Source: a virus (lineage: Duplodnaviria > Caudoviricetes). From it: a stretch of 64,000 bases of DNA. Where the stretch lies: the IMG/VR virus record IMGVR_UViG_2551306637_000004, positions 1 through 64,000 of that record; one strand, 5' to 3'. Position numbers and translations under genes: made by a program. Every line of letters begins with the position of its first letter. Position 1 is the first letter of the stretch. The notes beneath the pieces were generated by a model. The model did not search any database, had not been told where the DNA came from, and saw nothing but the letters and a program-made list of their open reading frames with translations. Below are positions 17,344-27,669 of the stretch, piece by piece.

Positions 17344-17824
17344 GGGGGAACTCCGGAGGGTAGAAGGCACGTGCCGGCAGATAGAACATCTGTCCGTCAA
17401 GTGGGGTACGCAGCTCGAAAGTAGCCATCGAATTGCTCATGCTCAGGGTCTTTGACACGCGCCAGATGTTGATCTGGTAGCGGCCGACGTTGTTTTTCAC
17501 ATCCTCAAGATGGCAGCGGTAGCGTGTGACTGTTGCGCTGTCGGTCTTACCCTGTGCAATGAATGCCGAGAAGATGCCGTCAGGGTTGGCAACCGTTAGC
17601 TTCGGTCGATTCCACTGACCGTCCGTGCGAACACCTTCGCCGGCGAGGGTGATGGGAATGGACTCGAATACCATGCCTTGCCAGATGACTTGATTCTTAG
17701 CCGTCATGCAAAGAACCGTGCCACCAGAGATGCTATTGAGTTCCAGCTTGAACAGGTCGACCAGTCCGTCGGGTGACAGCTCGAAGGACTGGGAAACGTG
17801 AGTGTCGGGAAGATCGGACCTCAC
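17330..17824 (-). CDS. Minor tail protein L-like
   Basis: LVDLFKLEL, PITLAG, RPKLTVAN, FELRTPLD..LPARA; position after gpM-like gene. Confidence 0.75.
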   Translation of the reverse strand: MRSDLPDTHVSQSFELSPDGLVDLFKLELNSISGGTVLCMTAKNQVIWQGMVFESIPITLAGEGVRTDGQWNRPKLTVANPDGIFSAFIAQGKTDSATVTRYRCHLEDVKNNVGRYQINIWRVSKTLSMSNSMATFELRTPLDGQMFYLPARAFYPPEFPHVSL

Positions 17825-18213
17825 GGCATCTCCACGAATTCGACGCTGAAGGACTCAGACCATCCGTCAGCTCCCTTTTTGCCCTTCGGCATTTCGAGAG
17901 GCTTACTGAAACGGACGTTCAAGGTCCCCAGCCACGGGTGCTTATATTGGAATGTCTTGTAGAGTCGATACGTTTCGTAGAAGTCTTTCAGTAGCCCAAG
18001 GTTGTTGGGCGGATTTGTGGTGATGTCCACTGTGCCGTCCGTGTTAATCCCACGCCACATCGTCTCAAATGAGAGAATGAAGGTGCGTTGCTCCGGAGCG
18101 GTCGGTGGCGTCGCGAAGACATAGGAGTTTCCGAGCTGGATACGTGTTCCAGACTCGGGGTACTTCTCTTCGACCAGATGATTCGGGAAATCGAAAGTGA
18201 GTGACGTTGCCAT
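17821..18213 (-). CDS. Distal tail protein (gpM-like)
   Basis: Immediately after the tape measure gene; QLGNSY...RTFILSF...FYE..F.Y.HP pattern. Confidence 0.7.
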   Translation of the reverse strand: MATSLTFDFPNHLVEEKYPESGTRIQLGNSYVFATPPTAPEQRTFILSFETMWRGINTDGTVDITTNPPNNLGLLKDFYETYRLYKTFQYKHPWLGTLNVRFSKPLEMPKGKKGADGWSESFSVEFVEMP

Positions 18214-21200
18214 TTACATTTGACCCAGTGCGACTTGCTTGATCAGTTTCTTCGTAGAGCCACCCGTGACGATGTCGTTGCTGATCGCGGCGACGACGTC
18301 ATTCGGACCCATCTGCGGCTTTTGATCCGGAGCAACGACCCACACGTTGACGTGTTGTGGCTGCTTCTCGCGTTCGGGCTTCGGTGCCGGTGTGCTCTTC
18401 GAGATGACACGGTTGCCGTGTGCGTTGAGGTTGTCGAGGAAGTCGGTGCCGACCGTCGACACGGCTCCATCGTTTAGCACATACTCTCCCTCTTTCAAAA
18501 GAGCATGTACGGAGTCACGACCGGGCATCCCGCCCGTCACGCTCCCGCCCGACACGAAGCGCTTCACCCCCGCCGAGCGGGAGACGAGACCGTTGCTGAC
18601 GGAGCCACCCTGGACCGCGAGCGCGGTGCCGGTGGATGGCATATCAAAGCCGCCCGTGGCCGCGGGTGCAGCGGAAGCAGACGCAGCCGTCCCGAACATG
18701 CTGAGGACGCCCTTGATAAGCATGAGCGCGGCCTGCTGTTCGAGGATCTGCAAGACCATCTTCAGGAACGACACGCCGAAATCCCTTACTGCCTGACCAG
18801 CGGTCTTCGAATGGGTGGTCAGGTCATCGAAGAACTGGATCAACGCGTTGTCGGTCCCGTTCAGCATGTTGGCATACCCGTCGATCGCCATCGAGGTCGC
18901 GTTGTGCGTGTCGAGGAAGTTCTTGTTTGCCTCGTTGATCCCCTGCATCAGCGAGAACGAACCAGTGGTAGTCTTCGCGGCCAGCTTCTCTTGCAGACGC
19001 TCCTGACTCTCAACCAATGCGTTTGACTTATCTTGCAGCGCGTTTAGTTCACCCTGCTGCGCAGTGCGTTCCGTGGTGAGGCGTACGATCGTGGCTTCGA
19101 GGCGTGCCTGTTCTTCCCGTTTCGCAGGATCAGCCTTCGCCGCCGCGAGTTGCGCGTACAGCCCAGTCGCGGGTGATCCAGCGCCATCACCTTCCTCGCC
19201 AAGCATCGCCGTACGGGCGTTGACTTGTTTCCGCAGTTGCTCGATTTCGCCGCGAAGCTGGGTGATGTTCGCCTGATACGTGACGAGGTTGCGCGTGTCG
19301 ACGACGTCCTGATCAGCAGCTGCCTTGAGGCTTAGCGACTGACGTTGGACTTGGCTGAACTGGGCTGAGTAGCGCGGATCGCTCATGTACGCCGACGCTG
19401 CCTGATCGGCGACCACGGGGTACGAGTTACGTTTCAGCTCGATCGCCTGATTGCTCGACCGCGTCTTCTCGTCGCCCTTGAGCGTGGTCATGAAGGCGTT
19501 GAACGCCATTCGTGCCCGGTCCTCGTCCTCCTTGAACTGCGCTGCCTTGATCTGCTCGTTGAGCTTGCGAACGCGCTCGGTGTTCTTGTCGATCTGAGAG
19601 CGGACCTTTGCGTCCATCTCGGCCTGCAACGACTGAAGCTGCTGCTTCACGTCGTCTGCGTAGTCGCGATGATCGCCGACCTGAAGTGTCGGGCTCGTCC
19701 CCTTCAGCGTGTCGATCGCACGGTTGTACTGGTTCTTGATCAGTTCGACGGCGACGTCGCCGAGCTGCCGTGCCTTCTCCGGGTCACGGGTGATACCAGC
19801 CTGGGTGTCGACTTCGGCCAGCTGCGCTTGAAGAGCGCGTTGCGCGGCCGAGTTTGTCGCCTTCAGCGACGGCGCAGCCTCGACGCGCGCGTTTTCGATC
19901 TTGCGTTGAATGTCGTTCTGCGCAACCTTCAGCCGGTCGATCTGAGCGCGCAGGAACGTCTTCTGGATTTCGTCGTCGGACGCATCCAGCTGGGTCTGAA
20001 GCTGACGCATGAGCTGGCTGTTGGCCGCGCCTTGGTTTGCCAGATCCGGATTGTTCAGGAGGCTCTGGTAGCGACCGAATGCGCCAGCGCCGCTGCCGAT
20101 GCGCTGCACGTAGTTGCGCGTCTCGGGCTTGAGCGCGTTGACGAACTCGGTCTCGGTCACGCCGGTCGGATTGCGGAAGTCCATCGAGCGACCATCCGCG
20201 CTCGTAGTGGCCAGCAGCTTGTCGACGTAGCCGGGACCGCCGTTGTAGGCCGCGAGCGCGAGCGTCGAGTTGTTGCCGTACTTCTTCAGCTGCGCGTTGA
20301 GGTACGCGCGGCCGATCGCCTCGTTGTACGCGGCGTCGTCCCGGTAGCGCTTGTCGTCCCACGGCAGGCCGGCCAACCGCGCAGCTTCTGGCGCGGTGTC
20401 GGGCATCACCTGCGCGATGCCGATTGCACCCTTGCTCGATGTGATCGGACGCCCGTTGGCGTCGAACTGCCGGTTGCCGCTCTCCTGCGTCTTCAGGGCA
20501 GTCCAGAGCGCGTCCAGGCGCGATTCCGGGGAGCCGAGGGCGCCCCTCGTACGCGTTACCGCTACGGTGACCGCGTTGACGATCTCCTGCGCGGCCGGGT
20601 TGGAGTTGGCGTAACGCTGGTTCGCGAGCGATGTGTTCGCGCGGTCCAGATCGTGCTGATAACCCTGTGCCGTTTGCAGCCCGTTCGTAACCTTCTGGAG
20701 ATTCGTCAGGAGATTGGACAGTGCCTGTTCTTCGGCGTATGAGTTTGCCTTTTCGGCGTCCGAGATCCCCGGCGTGGTCCGCGCCTGAATTGCCTTCGCG
20801 ATTGCTGCGTTCACGGCCGTTGCGAAGGCCGATTGGGCGTCCAGGTCGCGCGGCTGGCCGTTGATACCGGCAGCGTCCACCAGGCCCGCCTGGACCTTGC
20901 CAGACACGTCCGCGCCGGCATCCTTCAGGTACTGGATGATTGCCGGGATTGTGTCCTTGTTCACCCCCTCGTCGATCGGCAGATATCCGGCCGACCGCCT
21001 TCCTCCCGGCAGGGCATTGAAGCGGCTCGGCTCATACCCGGACAATGCGGACTCGTCCATGACGCCGACGCCGGGGGTGCTCATTCCCGGCGCGCGCTCA
21101 AGCTTGTCGCGCGGCCCGGAGAATGCCCCTTTTTGGAAATCACCGGCAGCTTGGCCAGCGGCTTCTTTCGCGCGCTCAACCATGACGTCGAGCTGTGCGC

Positions 21201-24072
21201 CGAGCACGCTCGTGTTCATCTCGTAGCGCTTACCCAGCTCGACTTGCAGGCGTTGCAGCCTATCAATCAGGTCTTCGGTCTTGCTGATCGCGCTCTTGTC
21301 GAGCGTTACGCCGTACTTCTCGAACTGCACGCTAACGTCGTCGATCTCGCGCTTGAGCTGTTCCGGATGCTCGTTGAGCGCGGCCATTTTGTAGCGCAGG
21401 GTGTCGATCTGCCGGCCGATGCTGTCGTACGACTGCTTCGACGAGGTCACTGCATCCTTCGCGGCGTTGACAGCCGTGCGCTGGTCCTCGAAGGCCTGCT
21501 TCGAGTCGTTCAGCTTGTTGACGAGATAGACGACGCCAGCCGTCAGCCCTGCGATGGCCCCGAGGACAAGGCCGACTTGTCCCCCCATAGCAGCGAGACC
21601 AGCTGCGGCTTCGAAGCCACCAAACGTCATGCCTGCGATGCCGCCGAGCAGTCCGCCGACGTACTTCAGGCCGACCGCGAGTGCTCCGGTGCCGATCAAC
21701 GTGCCAACGGTCTCCGTGACACCTGCGTAGTTCTTCAGCGCGGTCTCGGCACTCGACGTAAGGTCGAGCAGGTGCTTCAGCCCGTCGAGCAGCGGCGTGA
21801 AGGCTTCACCGACCAGCAGCGACGTCTGGTTTTTGAAGCGATCATACTGCGCGCCGAGCGTTTCCATCTGCTCGGCGTTGGCGCGCACTGCGGCATCCGT
21901 ATGGTTGAGCGTCGACGAAAAGTCGTTCATCTCGGACAAGTTGCCCGAGAGCGCCGTGAATGCCGACGCGCTGCGCGCCTCGAACGCCTGCATGGCGTCG
22001 GCGGCAGTAAAGCCTGCATCCTTCAGGTTCTTCAGCGCACCGTACAGGCCCTGGGACTTGACGTTGATATCTTCCTGCGTGAGACCTAGTTGATCCAGCG
22101 TCGCCTTGAACTTCTGACTCGGCTTTTCGAGGTCGATCAGAAGTTGACGCAGTCCACCGCCGAGCGTCGCACCGGAAGCCGTACCGGTGTTCGTGATGGC
22201 CACTGTCGCCGACAGCATTTCCTTGAACGAGACACCAGCCTCACTCGCGGTCTCGCCAGCGGTTTCGATCGACGTCTTCAGCTTATCCATCGTCAGGCGC
22301 GACGAGTTGACCGCCTGGGCGATCATGTTCGTTATCTGAACCGTGTCGCTCGCGGACATCTTGAACGCGCCGAGCGAGCCGGTGACGGTGTCAACCGTCT
22401 TGTTGAAATCTTCGCCCGTGGCGGTGGCAAGGTCAGCCACGCCGCGCAGAGCTACACCGAGCTGGTTGGTAGTTACGCCCGTCTCCGACAGGGCGGCTGC
22501 TGCCTTGGTCAGATCCGTGGCGCTGTAGCGTGTCGCATTCGAGACAGTCTCGATGGTTGAAGCGAGCGAGGCGAGCTGAAGATCGGTCGCGGACGTGATC
22601 GTCTTGAGGTGAGCCAGTGCTTCTTCGTACTGGATCGTGTTCTGCAACGCCGACGTGAATGCAGTCTGCACTCCACGGGTCACGCTGTAATTGGCGAGGA
22701 GGGCGGTCTGCGTCAGGGCGATTGACGCCCCACCGTCGCCAAATGTCTGCCGATAGCGACGAGCGCGCGTAGCGGCGTCCTGTTGATCCTGAAAATCGGG
22801 ACTATTGCGACGGTTACTCTCGGCTTGCGCATCACGCAGCCGCATTAGCGTCGCCCGATCGGGACCGAACTGAGCAGCGGCGCGAGCTGCTGCCTCGTCT
22901 GCCTGCTGCTGTCGGCGACGATTCTCTCGAATGGCACTGTCCCAATCATCTTCGAGCTTCTTCTGCGCAGCCTTTGAGCGTCGGTGGTCCTCAAGGATTG
23001 CGGCATCCCAGTCGGCCAGGAATTTCCGCTCGGTGGCCTTGTCGCGCTTGAGGTTTTCGAGATGAGCTGAATTCCACGTCTTGTCGAACGATGCCTCAGC
23101 GTCGCGCGCTCGCTTGTGGTCTTCAACCTGCGCCGCGCGCAGTTGTCGTTCGAAAGTGGCGTCGGCACGTTGTGTGCGCTGACGGTCTTCGACAATGGCT
23201 TGATTCCATGCCTTCTCGAGCGCGGCTTGCCGGCTACGCTCCTCAGTGAGCGCTGCGGTCCAGTCCTTTTCGAGTTGCTTGCGCTCGTTGCTCAGGGCTT
23301 TCGCCGCCTCGCGTTCGGCGCGTTGCTGAGCACCGACCGTAGTGCGCAGCGACGTCGAGAGATCCGCCTTGTCAGCGTTCACGATCGCGAGTTGGGCTTG
23401 CGCGACATCAACGTTCTGGCCGCTATCGAGGGCGCGGCCGAGGCGCACGCGCGCCCCGCGCTCACGCAGATCGATTTCCTGCTTCAGTTGGTCGAGACGC
23501 TGTTGGCCGTCGCGCATGTCGCGCTTGGCCGCGGCCTGCGTCGCGGTGTCGCTGTCGATGATTGCTTGCTTGTAGCGCTGCTGAGCGTCGGTGATCCGCG
23601 CCGTGATCTCGTAGATCCGCGTCGCGGCGCTCATCTGCGACGTCGAGTATTCCCGGTTCGCCTCCTGGGCGACCTGAAGTTGTCGCTCAAGGAGCACACG
23701 GCGCTCGGCGGCGGCGTTGAGCGCGGTCAATTGTTCAAGCTGCGCGCGATTGTCGGAGCCGAAGAGCGCCTGCGAGCGCGTCCCTTGCACCAGTGCTTGA
23801 TTGATCTGCGCCTGCGGACCGCCCGAGCGCACGGTCGCGAGCATGGTTCGCATGTCGCGCTGAAGTCCACCGATCGCGGCCAGGATGTTGGACTGACTCA
23901 GATCGGTGGAAGAGACACCGGGGATTGAGATCTGCTTCGCGATCCCACTGATGTCGTTGAGGCGCTTGAAGATCTCGGTGAGGAGGGTCGAGAGGGACTG
24001 CGCGTCCTGAAAGATCTTCGGACCAAGGGATAGGTCCAGTTGCCCCTGTTGTACTTGATTCTCGCCCGCCAT
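18214..24072 (-). CDS. Tape measure protein with internal lytic transglycosylase (SLT) domain
   Basis: 1952 aa helical; TP901-like core; QESG, GAIGIAQVMP, ALAAYNGGPG, ETRNYV; C-terminal FVSGG.V.G..RDSVHALLKEGEYV. Confidence 0.92.
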   Translation of the reverse strand: MAGENQVQQGQLDLSLGPKIFQDAQSLSTLLTEIFKRLNDISGIAKQISIPGVSSTDLSQSNILAAIGGLQRDMRTMLATVRSGGPQAQINQALVQGTRSQALFGSDNRAQLEQLTALNAAAERRVLLERQLQVAQEANREYSTSQMSAATRIYEITARITDAQQRYKQAIIDSDTATQAAAKRDMRDGQQRLDQLKQEIDLRERGARVRLGRALDSGQNVDVAQAQLAIVNADKADLSTSLRTTVGAQQRAEREAAKALSNERKQLEKDWTAALTEERSRQAALEKAWNQAIVEDRQRTQRADATFERQLRAAQVEDHKRARDAEASFDKTWNSAHLENLKRDKATERKFLADWDAAILEDHRRSKAAQKKLEDDWDSAIRENRRRQQQADEAAARAAAQFGPDRATLMRLRDAQAESNRRNSPDFQDQQDAATRARRYRQTFGDGGASIALTQTALLANYSVTRGVQTAFTSALQNTIQYEEALAHLKTITSATDLQLASLASTIETVSNATRYSATDLTKAAAALSETGVTTNQLGVALRGVADLATATGEDFNKTVDTVTGSLGAFKMSASDTVQITNMIAQAVNSSRLTMDKLKTSIETAGETASEAGVSFKEMLSATVAITNTGTASGATLGGGLRQLLIDLEKPSQKFKATLDQLGLTQEDINVKSQGLYGALKNLKDAGFTAADAMQAFEARSASAFTALSGNLSEMNDFSSTLNHTDAAVRANAEQMETLGAQYDRFKNQTSLLVGEAFTPLLDGLKHLLDLTSSAETALKNYAGVTETVGTLIGTGALAVGLKYVGGLLGGIAGMTFGGFEAAAGLAAMGGQVGLVLGAIAGLTAGVVYLVNKLNDSKQAFEDQRTAVNAAKDAVTSSKQSYDSIGRQIDTLRYKMAALNEHPEQLKREIDDVSVQFEKYGVTLDKSAISKTEDLIDRLQRLQVELGKRYEMNTSVLGAQLDVMVERAKEAAGQAAGDFQKGAFSGPRDKLERAPGMSTPGVGVMDESALSGYEPSRFNALPGGRRSAGYLPIDEGVNKDTIPAIIQYLKDAGADVSGKVQAGLVDAAGINGQPRDLDAQSAFATAVNAAIAKAIQARTTPGISDAEKANSYAEEQALSNLLTNLQKVTNGLQTAQGYQHDLDRANTSLANQRYANSNPAAQEIVNAVTVAVTRTRGALGSPESRLDALWTALKTQESGNRQFDANGRPITSSKGAIGIAQVMPDTAPEAARLAGLPWDDKRYRDDAAYNEAIGRAYLNAQLKKYGNNSTLALAAYNGGPGYVDKLLATTSADGRSMDFRNPTGVTETEFVNALKPETRNYVQRIGSGAGAFGRYQSLLNNPDLANQGAANSQLMRQLQTQLDASDDEIQKTFLRAQIDRLKVAQNDIQRKIENARVEAAPSLKATNSAAQRALQAQLAEVDTQAGITRDPEKARQLGDVAVELIKNQYNRAIDTLKGTSPTLQVGDHRDYADDVKQQLQSLQAEMDAKVRSQIDKNTERVRKLNEQIKAAQFKEDEDRARMAFNAFMTTLKGDEKTRSSNQAIELKRNSYPVVADQAASAYMSDPRYSAQFSQVQRQSLSLKAAADQDVVDTRNLVTYQANITQLRGEIEQLRKQVNARTAMLGEEGDGAGSPATGLYAQLAAAKADPAKREEQARLEATIVRLTTERTAQQGELNALQDKSNALVESQERLQEKLAAKTTTGSFSLMQGINEANKNFLDTHNATSMAIDGYANMLNGTDNALIQFFDDLTTHSKTAGQAVRDFGVSFLKMVLQILEQQAALMLIKGVLSMFGTAASASAAPAATGGFDMPSTGTALAVQGGSVSNGLVSRSAGVKRFVSGGSVTGGMPGRDSVHALLKEGEYVLNDGAVSTVGTDFLDNLNAHGNRVISKSTPAPKPEREKQPQHVNVWVVAPDQKPQMGPNDVVAAISNDIVTGGSTKKLIKQVALGQM

Positions 24073-24399
24073 TTATCGTTTCCCGAAGACTGCTGCCAAC
24101 CGGCGTTGGGCGTCCGCGAAGTCTTTGGGCACGTTTTCTTGGGAGGATTCGGATGTGCTCGAAGCAGTCCCTGTGCCGAGGACTTCGGAGAGAAGGATCG
24201 CCAACGTCTGGAACTGTTGCACGTGGTTTGCTTGGCGTTCGCCGAGCCTCAACCGTGTGCGGATTTTAATGTCCTCGCGACTGTACTTCCAGAAAATAAT
24301 AGGCAGTGCAGAAGGAACTGCTTCGAATGCCCAGCACACTGCCTCGCTGAAAGTGAGATCGCGGAACCAGTCCGTGTATGCGGTTAGCTTGCCGGGTTT
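24073..24399 (-). CDS. gpGT-like extension of the tail chaperone reached by a -1 frameshift
   Basis: Slippery heptamer A AAC CCG (24393-24399); the -1 frame stays open (GKLTAYTDWFRDLTF...) to 24073. Confidence 0.6.
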   Translation of the reverse strand, partial: KPGKLTAYTDWFRDLTFSEAVCWAFEAVPSALPIIFWKYSREDIKIRTRLRLGERQANHVQQFQTLAILLSEVLGTGTASSTSESSQENVPKDFADAQRRLAAVFGKR

Positions 24400-24785
24400 T
24401 CGGCCAGCTCTTTCAGAGCTTTCAGCCGGTTTTCCTTGTCCTTGTGCCCCGTGACGATTCTCTCCATCGTCCGGACGAAAAAATCAGTTGCGTGCTGCGC
24501 TACCCAGTCGAGCAGACGTTCACCGTCTTCGATGGACATTTCGATTCGATTGACGTTGATCGGCTTGACGACGTTGCCTTCTTCGTCTCGATCGGAAAGC
24601 ACAACCATCAAGGCGAAGTCACGAAGTTGAGAGTTCGCGGTGACTTGCAACGCGCCTTGGGCATCGCCAATGCCCCGGCACAGTTCGTTGAGCAAGCCAA
24701 AGGACATGAACAGGCTCTTCTTCTCGCCGGCCAGGGTGACTTCGAGTTTTGCAGGCGGGGCTTGTCGCGTGGTGGTGGTCGACAT
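24384..24785 (-). CDS. Tail assembly chaperone (gpG-like)
   Basis: Between the tail tube and tape measure genes; start MSTTTTRQ. Confidence 0.7.
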   Translation of the reverse strand: MSTTTTRQAPPAKLEVTLAGEKKSLFMSFGLLNELCRGIGDAQGALQVTANSQLRDFALMVVLSDRDEEGNVVKPINVNRIEMSIEDGERLLDWVAQHATDFFVRTMERIVTGHKDKENRLKALKELAENPAS

Positions 24786-24802
24786 GTTTTGGTTTCCTAA
24801 TG

Positions 24803-24834
24803 AAAAATCCCCACGATTATGTGTCGTGGGGATT
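24803..24834 (-). terminator. Intrinsic terminator after the tail tube gene
   Basis: AATCCCCACGA/TCGTGGGGATT 11-bp stem with a U-run on the minus strand. Confidence 0.65.
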
Positions 24835-24870
24835 GGTGCTTCAAGGTTTTTCTCCGTACCGGCGTGAACC

Positions 24871-25662
24871 TTAGTTTGCCGACGCCAGCATCGCTTGCCC
24901 GAACGGCAGGAAGTCGTCGTAGAACGGGTCCGTCGAGACCAGGTCGTACGGCTGGAACTTGTACGGCAGGTTGCCGAACGCGTCGGTCTTGAACGCCAGC
25001 GTGAAGCCACCAGTGATGCGGATCTTCGGGATCAGCAGCGCAACCGGCGTGTTGTCGGCGAGGTTGCCGACCACCTTCGCGGCGAGGAACGGCTGGTTGG
25101 CCTTCGAGCCGATACCCACCACGTTGACCTTCTGGACCACCGTACCGTTCGGCAGCTGGTAGTCGAACTTCTGCGAGCTGACGACTTGCAGCGTCTTCGC
25201 CGTCGAATCGATCGTCTTGACCTTGGCGACGAGCATACGGTCGCTGTAACCCGGCACGACCGCTTGAATCCAGTCGCCGACCGCGAAGCCCGCGGCCGAT
25301 GCAACCGGCAGCGTGTCTGCGCCAGCAGCGTTCGCCGGCACGTCGGCGTTCAGCGTGGTCTTGACCGTCGACGGGGTCAGCGCCGAGCCGTCGAGGCCCA
25401 GGCCGTACGCGAGGTTCTTCGACGTGTGCTCGAACACTTCCATCGTGGCGGTCACGGGGTTGCCGGTCATCACCGAGTACACGACGCTGTTTTTCACACC
25501 CTGCGTCAGCTCGGTGTATGCAGGCTGGCCGCTGATCGTGAAGTTCTTCACGAGACCGATCGAGTGCTCGTCGGGATTGAGGTTGAACAGGTCAGCTTGG
25601 GGGCCGATCATCACGGTGGCCGACCCCAGCATGAACTTTTCGGACTTTGCTTCACCAGCCAT
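24871..25662 (-). CDS. Major tail (tube) protein
   Basis: ATG after GGAGAA; upstream of the chaperone and tape measure genes; beta-rich. Confidence 0.75.
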   Translation of the reverse strand: MAGEAKSEKFMLGSATVMIGPQADLFNLNPDEHSIGLVKNFTISGQPAYTELTQGVKNSVVYSVMTGNPVTATMEVFEHTSKNLAYGLGLDGSALTPSTVKTTLNADVPANAAGADTLPVASAAGFAVGDWIQAVVPGYSDRMLVAKVKTIDSTAKTLQVVSSQKFDYQLPNGTVVQKVNVVGIGSKANQPFLAAKVVGNLADNTPVALLIPKIRITGGFTLAFKTDAFGNLPYKFQPYDLVSTDPFYDDFLPFGQAMLASAN

Positions 25663-25757
25663 CGTTAGTTCTCCGTTTGAAAATTCTGGTGGGGCGATCG
25701 TACGTGTGATACCTTCGCGAATCAAAGGTTTTTATTGGTATATGGAGGAACCACGCA

Positions 25758-25952
25758 ATGGAATTGGAAGAGCGCGAAGCCTTTACGGTACGCATCCCCG
25801 TCACGCTCGATGTTCAGATCAAGCAGCGCGCGAGAGTTAATCGTCGTACGCGGAATGCAGAGATCATCCACCTGCTTGAAACCGCGATCGACAGTGCCAC
25901 GAGCGCCGATCAGAAGCTCATCACCAGCATTACGAAGAAAGATCCGCAGTAA
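25758..25952 (+). CDS. Arc-like ribbon-helix-helix DNA-binding protein
   Basis: FTVRIPVTLDVQIKQRARVNRRTRNAEIIHLLE; GGAGG RBS; antisense to the tail operon. Confidence 0.8.
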   Translation: MELEEREAFTVRIPVTLDVQIKQRARVNRRTRNAEIIHLLETAIDSATSADQKLITSITKKDPQ

Positions 25953-26391
25953 CCGTGGACGATGCCATGAACGCCACCCACTTCATGGATCGTCCCAACC
26001 CTCCACCTACGGGCAAGACGCGCACACCGTTTTGCACCACCATCGTCCCCAGCTTGTCTCCCTTCAACGCATCGAGCACGTCAATCGACTTCGTCGGCAG
26101 AAGCCGTTGAACCAGTGCGCTCATCACTCGCGTCAGATTGAAGTCGTTCGTATCGTTCTCGGTCGCGACTCCGACGACGGCTGATACCGTCGTCAGATGT
26201 TCGTCAAAGTCGAGTGAATACTGGGCGACTCCGATCAGGTTGCCTGGGGGTAGCTTGTCGTAGTCGTGGTACGAGTCGAAGAAGACGGGGTGAAGCGATA
26301 TACCCGTCGAGGCCTGAAGGCTGGTCGCCTGGTCTGCGCAGAATCGCAGGAGACTCGACAGGTGATCGCCATAGAGGTTTTCGCTTTTCAT
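25930..26391 (-). CDS. Putative tail terminator/completion protein
   Basis: Position before the tail tube gene; 153 aa. Confidence 0.5.
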   Translation of the reverse strand: MKSENLYGDHLSSLLRFCADQATSLQASTGISLHPVFFDSYHDYDKLPPGNLIGVAQYSLDFDEHLTTVSAVVGVATENDTNDFNLTRVMSALVQRLLPTKSIDVLDALKGDKLGTMVVQNGVRVLPVGGGLGRSMKWVAFMASSTVTADLSS

Positions 26392-27149
26392 AGGTACGGT
26401 TCAACTGCTCGGTTGATGATCGGAAAGATCATGTTTTGCTGATACCAGAGAATGTAGGCGCTCACCAGAGGGCGGTATGCACCTCGCCGATTGTTTGTCA
26501 ACTTCGCGGCGAGGTTGTTTGTCTCAGGCAGGTACTGCTCGACCATGTTGGCGATCAACACGTTCATGTTGTTGAGCCTCGGGAGCCAGTCGACTACGAT
26601 GCGAACGGTGTCGGACGGGCGGCTGTAGTATCGTCCACCCACCTTGACCCCGTTGCGCATCGTCCCGGCAGGGTAGCGACCGAGGCCCTGCATGCGCGTC
26701 GCGTCGATCGTCACCTTAACTTCGCCGAAATATTGAGATGGGTTGCCGAGACGCATCAGCTCGTTACGCAGGGAGTTCTTCATCTGCTTGGCGTCACCGA
26801 TGTGCTTGCGGCGCATACGACGCGACTCGGGACTGTTCTTCACTCGGCGCGGGAGGACGCTATACTGGAAATAGTCGACATGATCATTCTTCTCGTAATG
26901 GAGATAGAAGTAAGTCAGCTCGTTCCAGTGTGCCCCGACTTGATCGAGCCACATAGGTGGCTCGGACGAGCCGATCGAACCTGTCCCGACGAGATCGGTG
27001 AAGAAGGAGTCCAGCTTCTTCGTGATCTCGTCCTTTATCTTCAGCGAGACCTTATCGGCGTAGTCGGCAAGTCTGTTCGTGACGTTTTGGAAGATGAAGT
27101 TCTGGACGAACTGCATCACGCTGTCTTGAACAGCCTTGACGTCTGCCAT
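26388..27149 (-). CDS. Putative tail completion/neck protein
   Basis: Coupled ORF in the head-tail joining block. Confidence 0.45.
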   Translation of the reverse strand: MADVKAVQDSVMQFVQNFIFQNVTNRLADYADKVSLKIKDEITKKLDSFFTDLVGTGSIGSSEPPMWLDQVGAHWNELTYFYLHYEKNDHVDYFQYSVLPRRVKNSPESRRMRRKHIGDAKQMKNSLRNELMRLGNPSQYFGEVKVTIDATRMQGLGRYPAGTMRNGVKVGGRYYSRPSDTVRIVVDWLPRLNNMNVLIANMVEQYLPETNNLAAKLTNNRRGAYRPLVSAYILWYQQNMIFPIINRAVEPYL

Positions 27150-27667
27150 TACTCTGCCTCGGCGACGGTGACTCCCAGCTCGAACTTCACATTCGAGATG
27201 CGATAGTTGCTCGGCCCGATCAGGTCGCCGTCTTGCAACGGGAACCCGGTGATGATGCGATAGCGCTGACGCTTGGAGTTGTTGACGTCAGTGGTCTGAC
27301 CGAGGGGGCGAACGTCGTACCACGTCTTTCCGATCGTCGACATCGCCTCATTGCGCGCGAAGCCGGACACGGGGTCGGTCTGGTGTGAAATTCGTTGAAC
27401 ATCCCCGTTGAACGGGAGATGAAACATGCGGAAGATCGCATCGTTCGCCGTTCGGCTGAAATCCCCGAGGACGTAGTAGAAGCCGAGGTCGTTGACCGTG
27501 TCGCCTGGGTTGGCGACAGAGCCACGCCGCACATGAAGCATGCGCTGCGGCGTCGTGAACTGTTCCGATGAGGACTTCGCGGACGGTGAAGAGACGATGC
27601 CGTACACCTTGGCGTTGCCTCGCGACACGTTCACGAGGATTCGAGTGAGCTGAGGTAGAGTGGTCAT
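27149..27667 (-). CDS. Putative head-closure protein
   Basis: Coupled ORF in the head-tail joining block. Confidence 0.45.
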   Translation of the reverse strand: MTTLPQLTRILVNVSRGNAKVYGIVSSPSAKSSSEQFTTPQRMLHVRRGSVANPGDTVNDLGFYYVLGDFSRTANDAIFRMFHLPFNGDVQRISHQTDPVSGFARNEAMSTIGKTWYDVRPLGQTTDVNNSKRQRYRIITGFPLQDGDLIGPSNYRISNVKFELGVTVAEAE

Positions 27668-27669
27668 GA

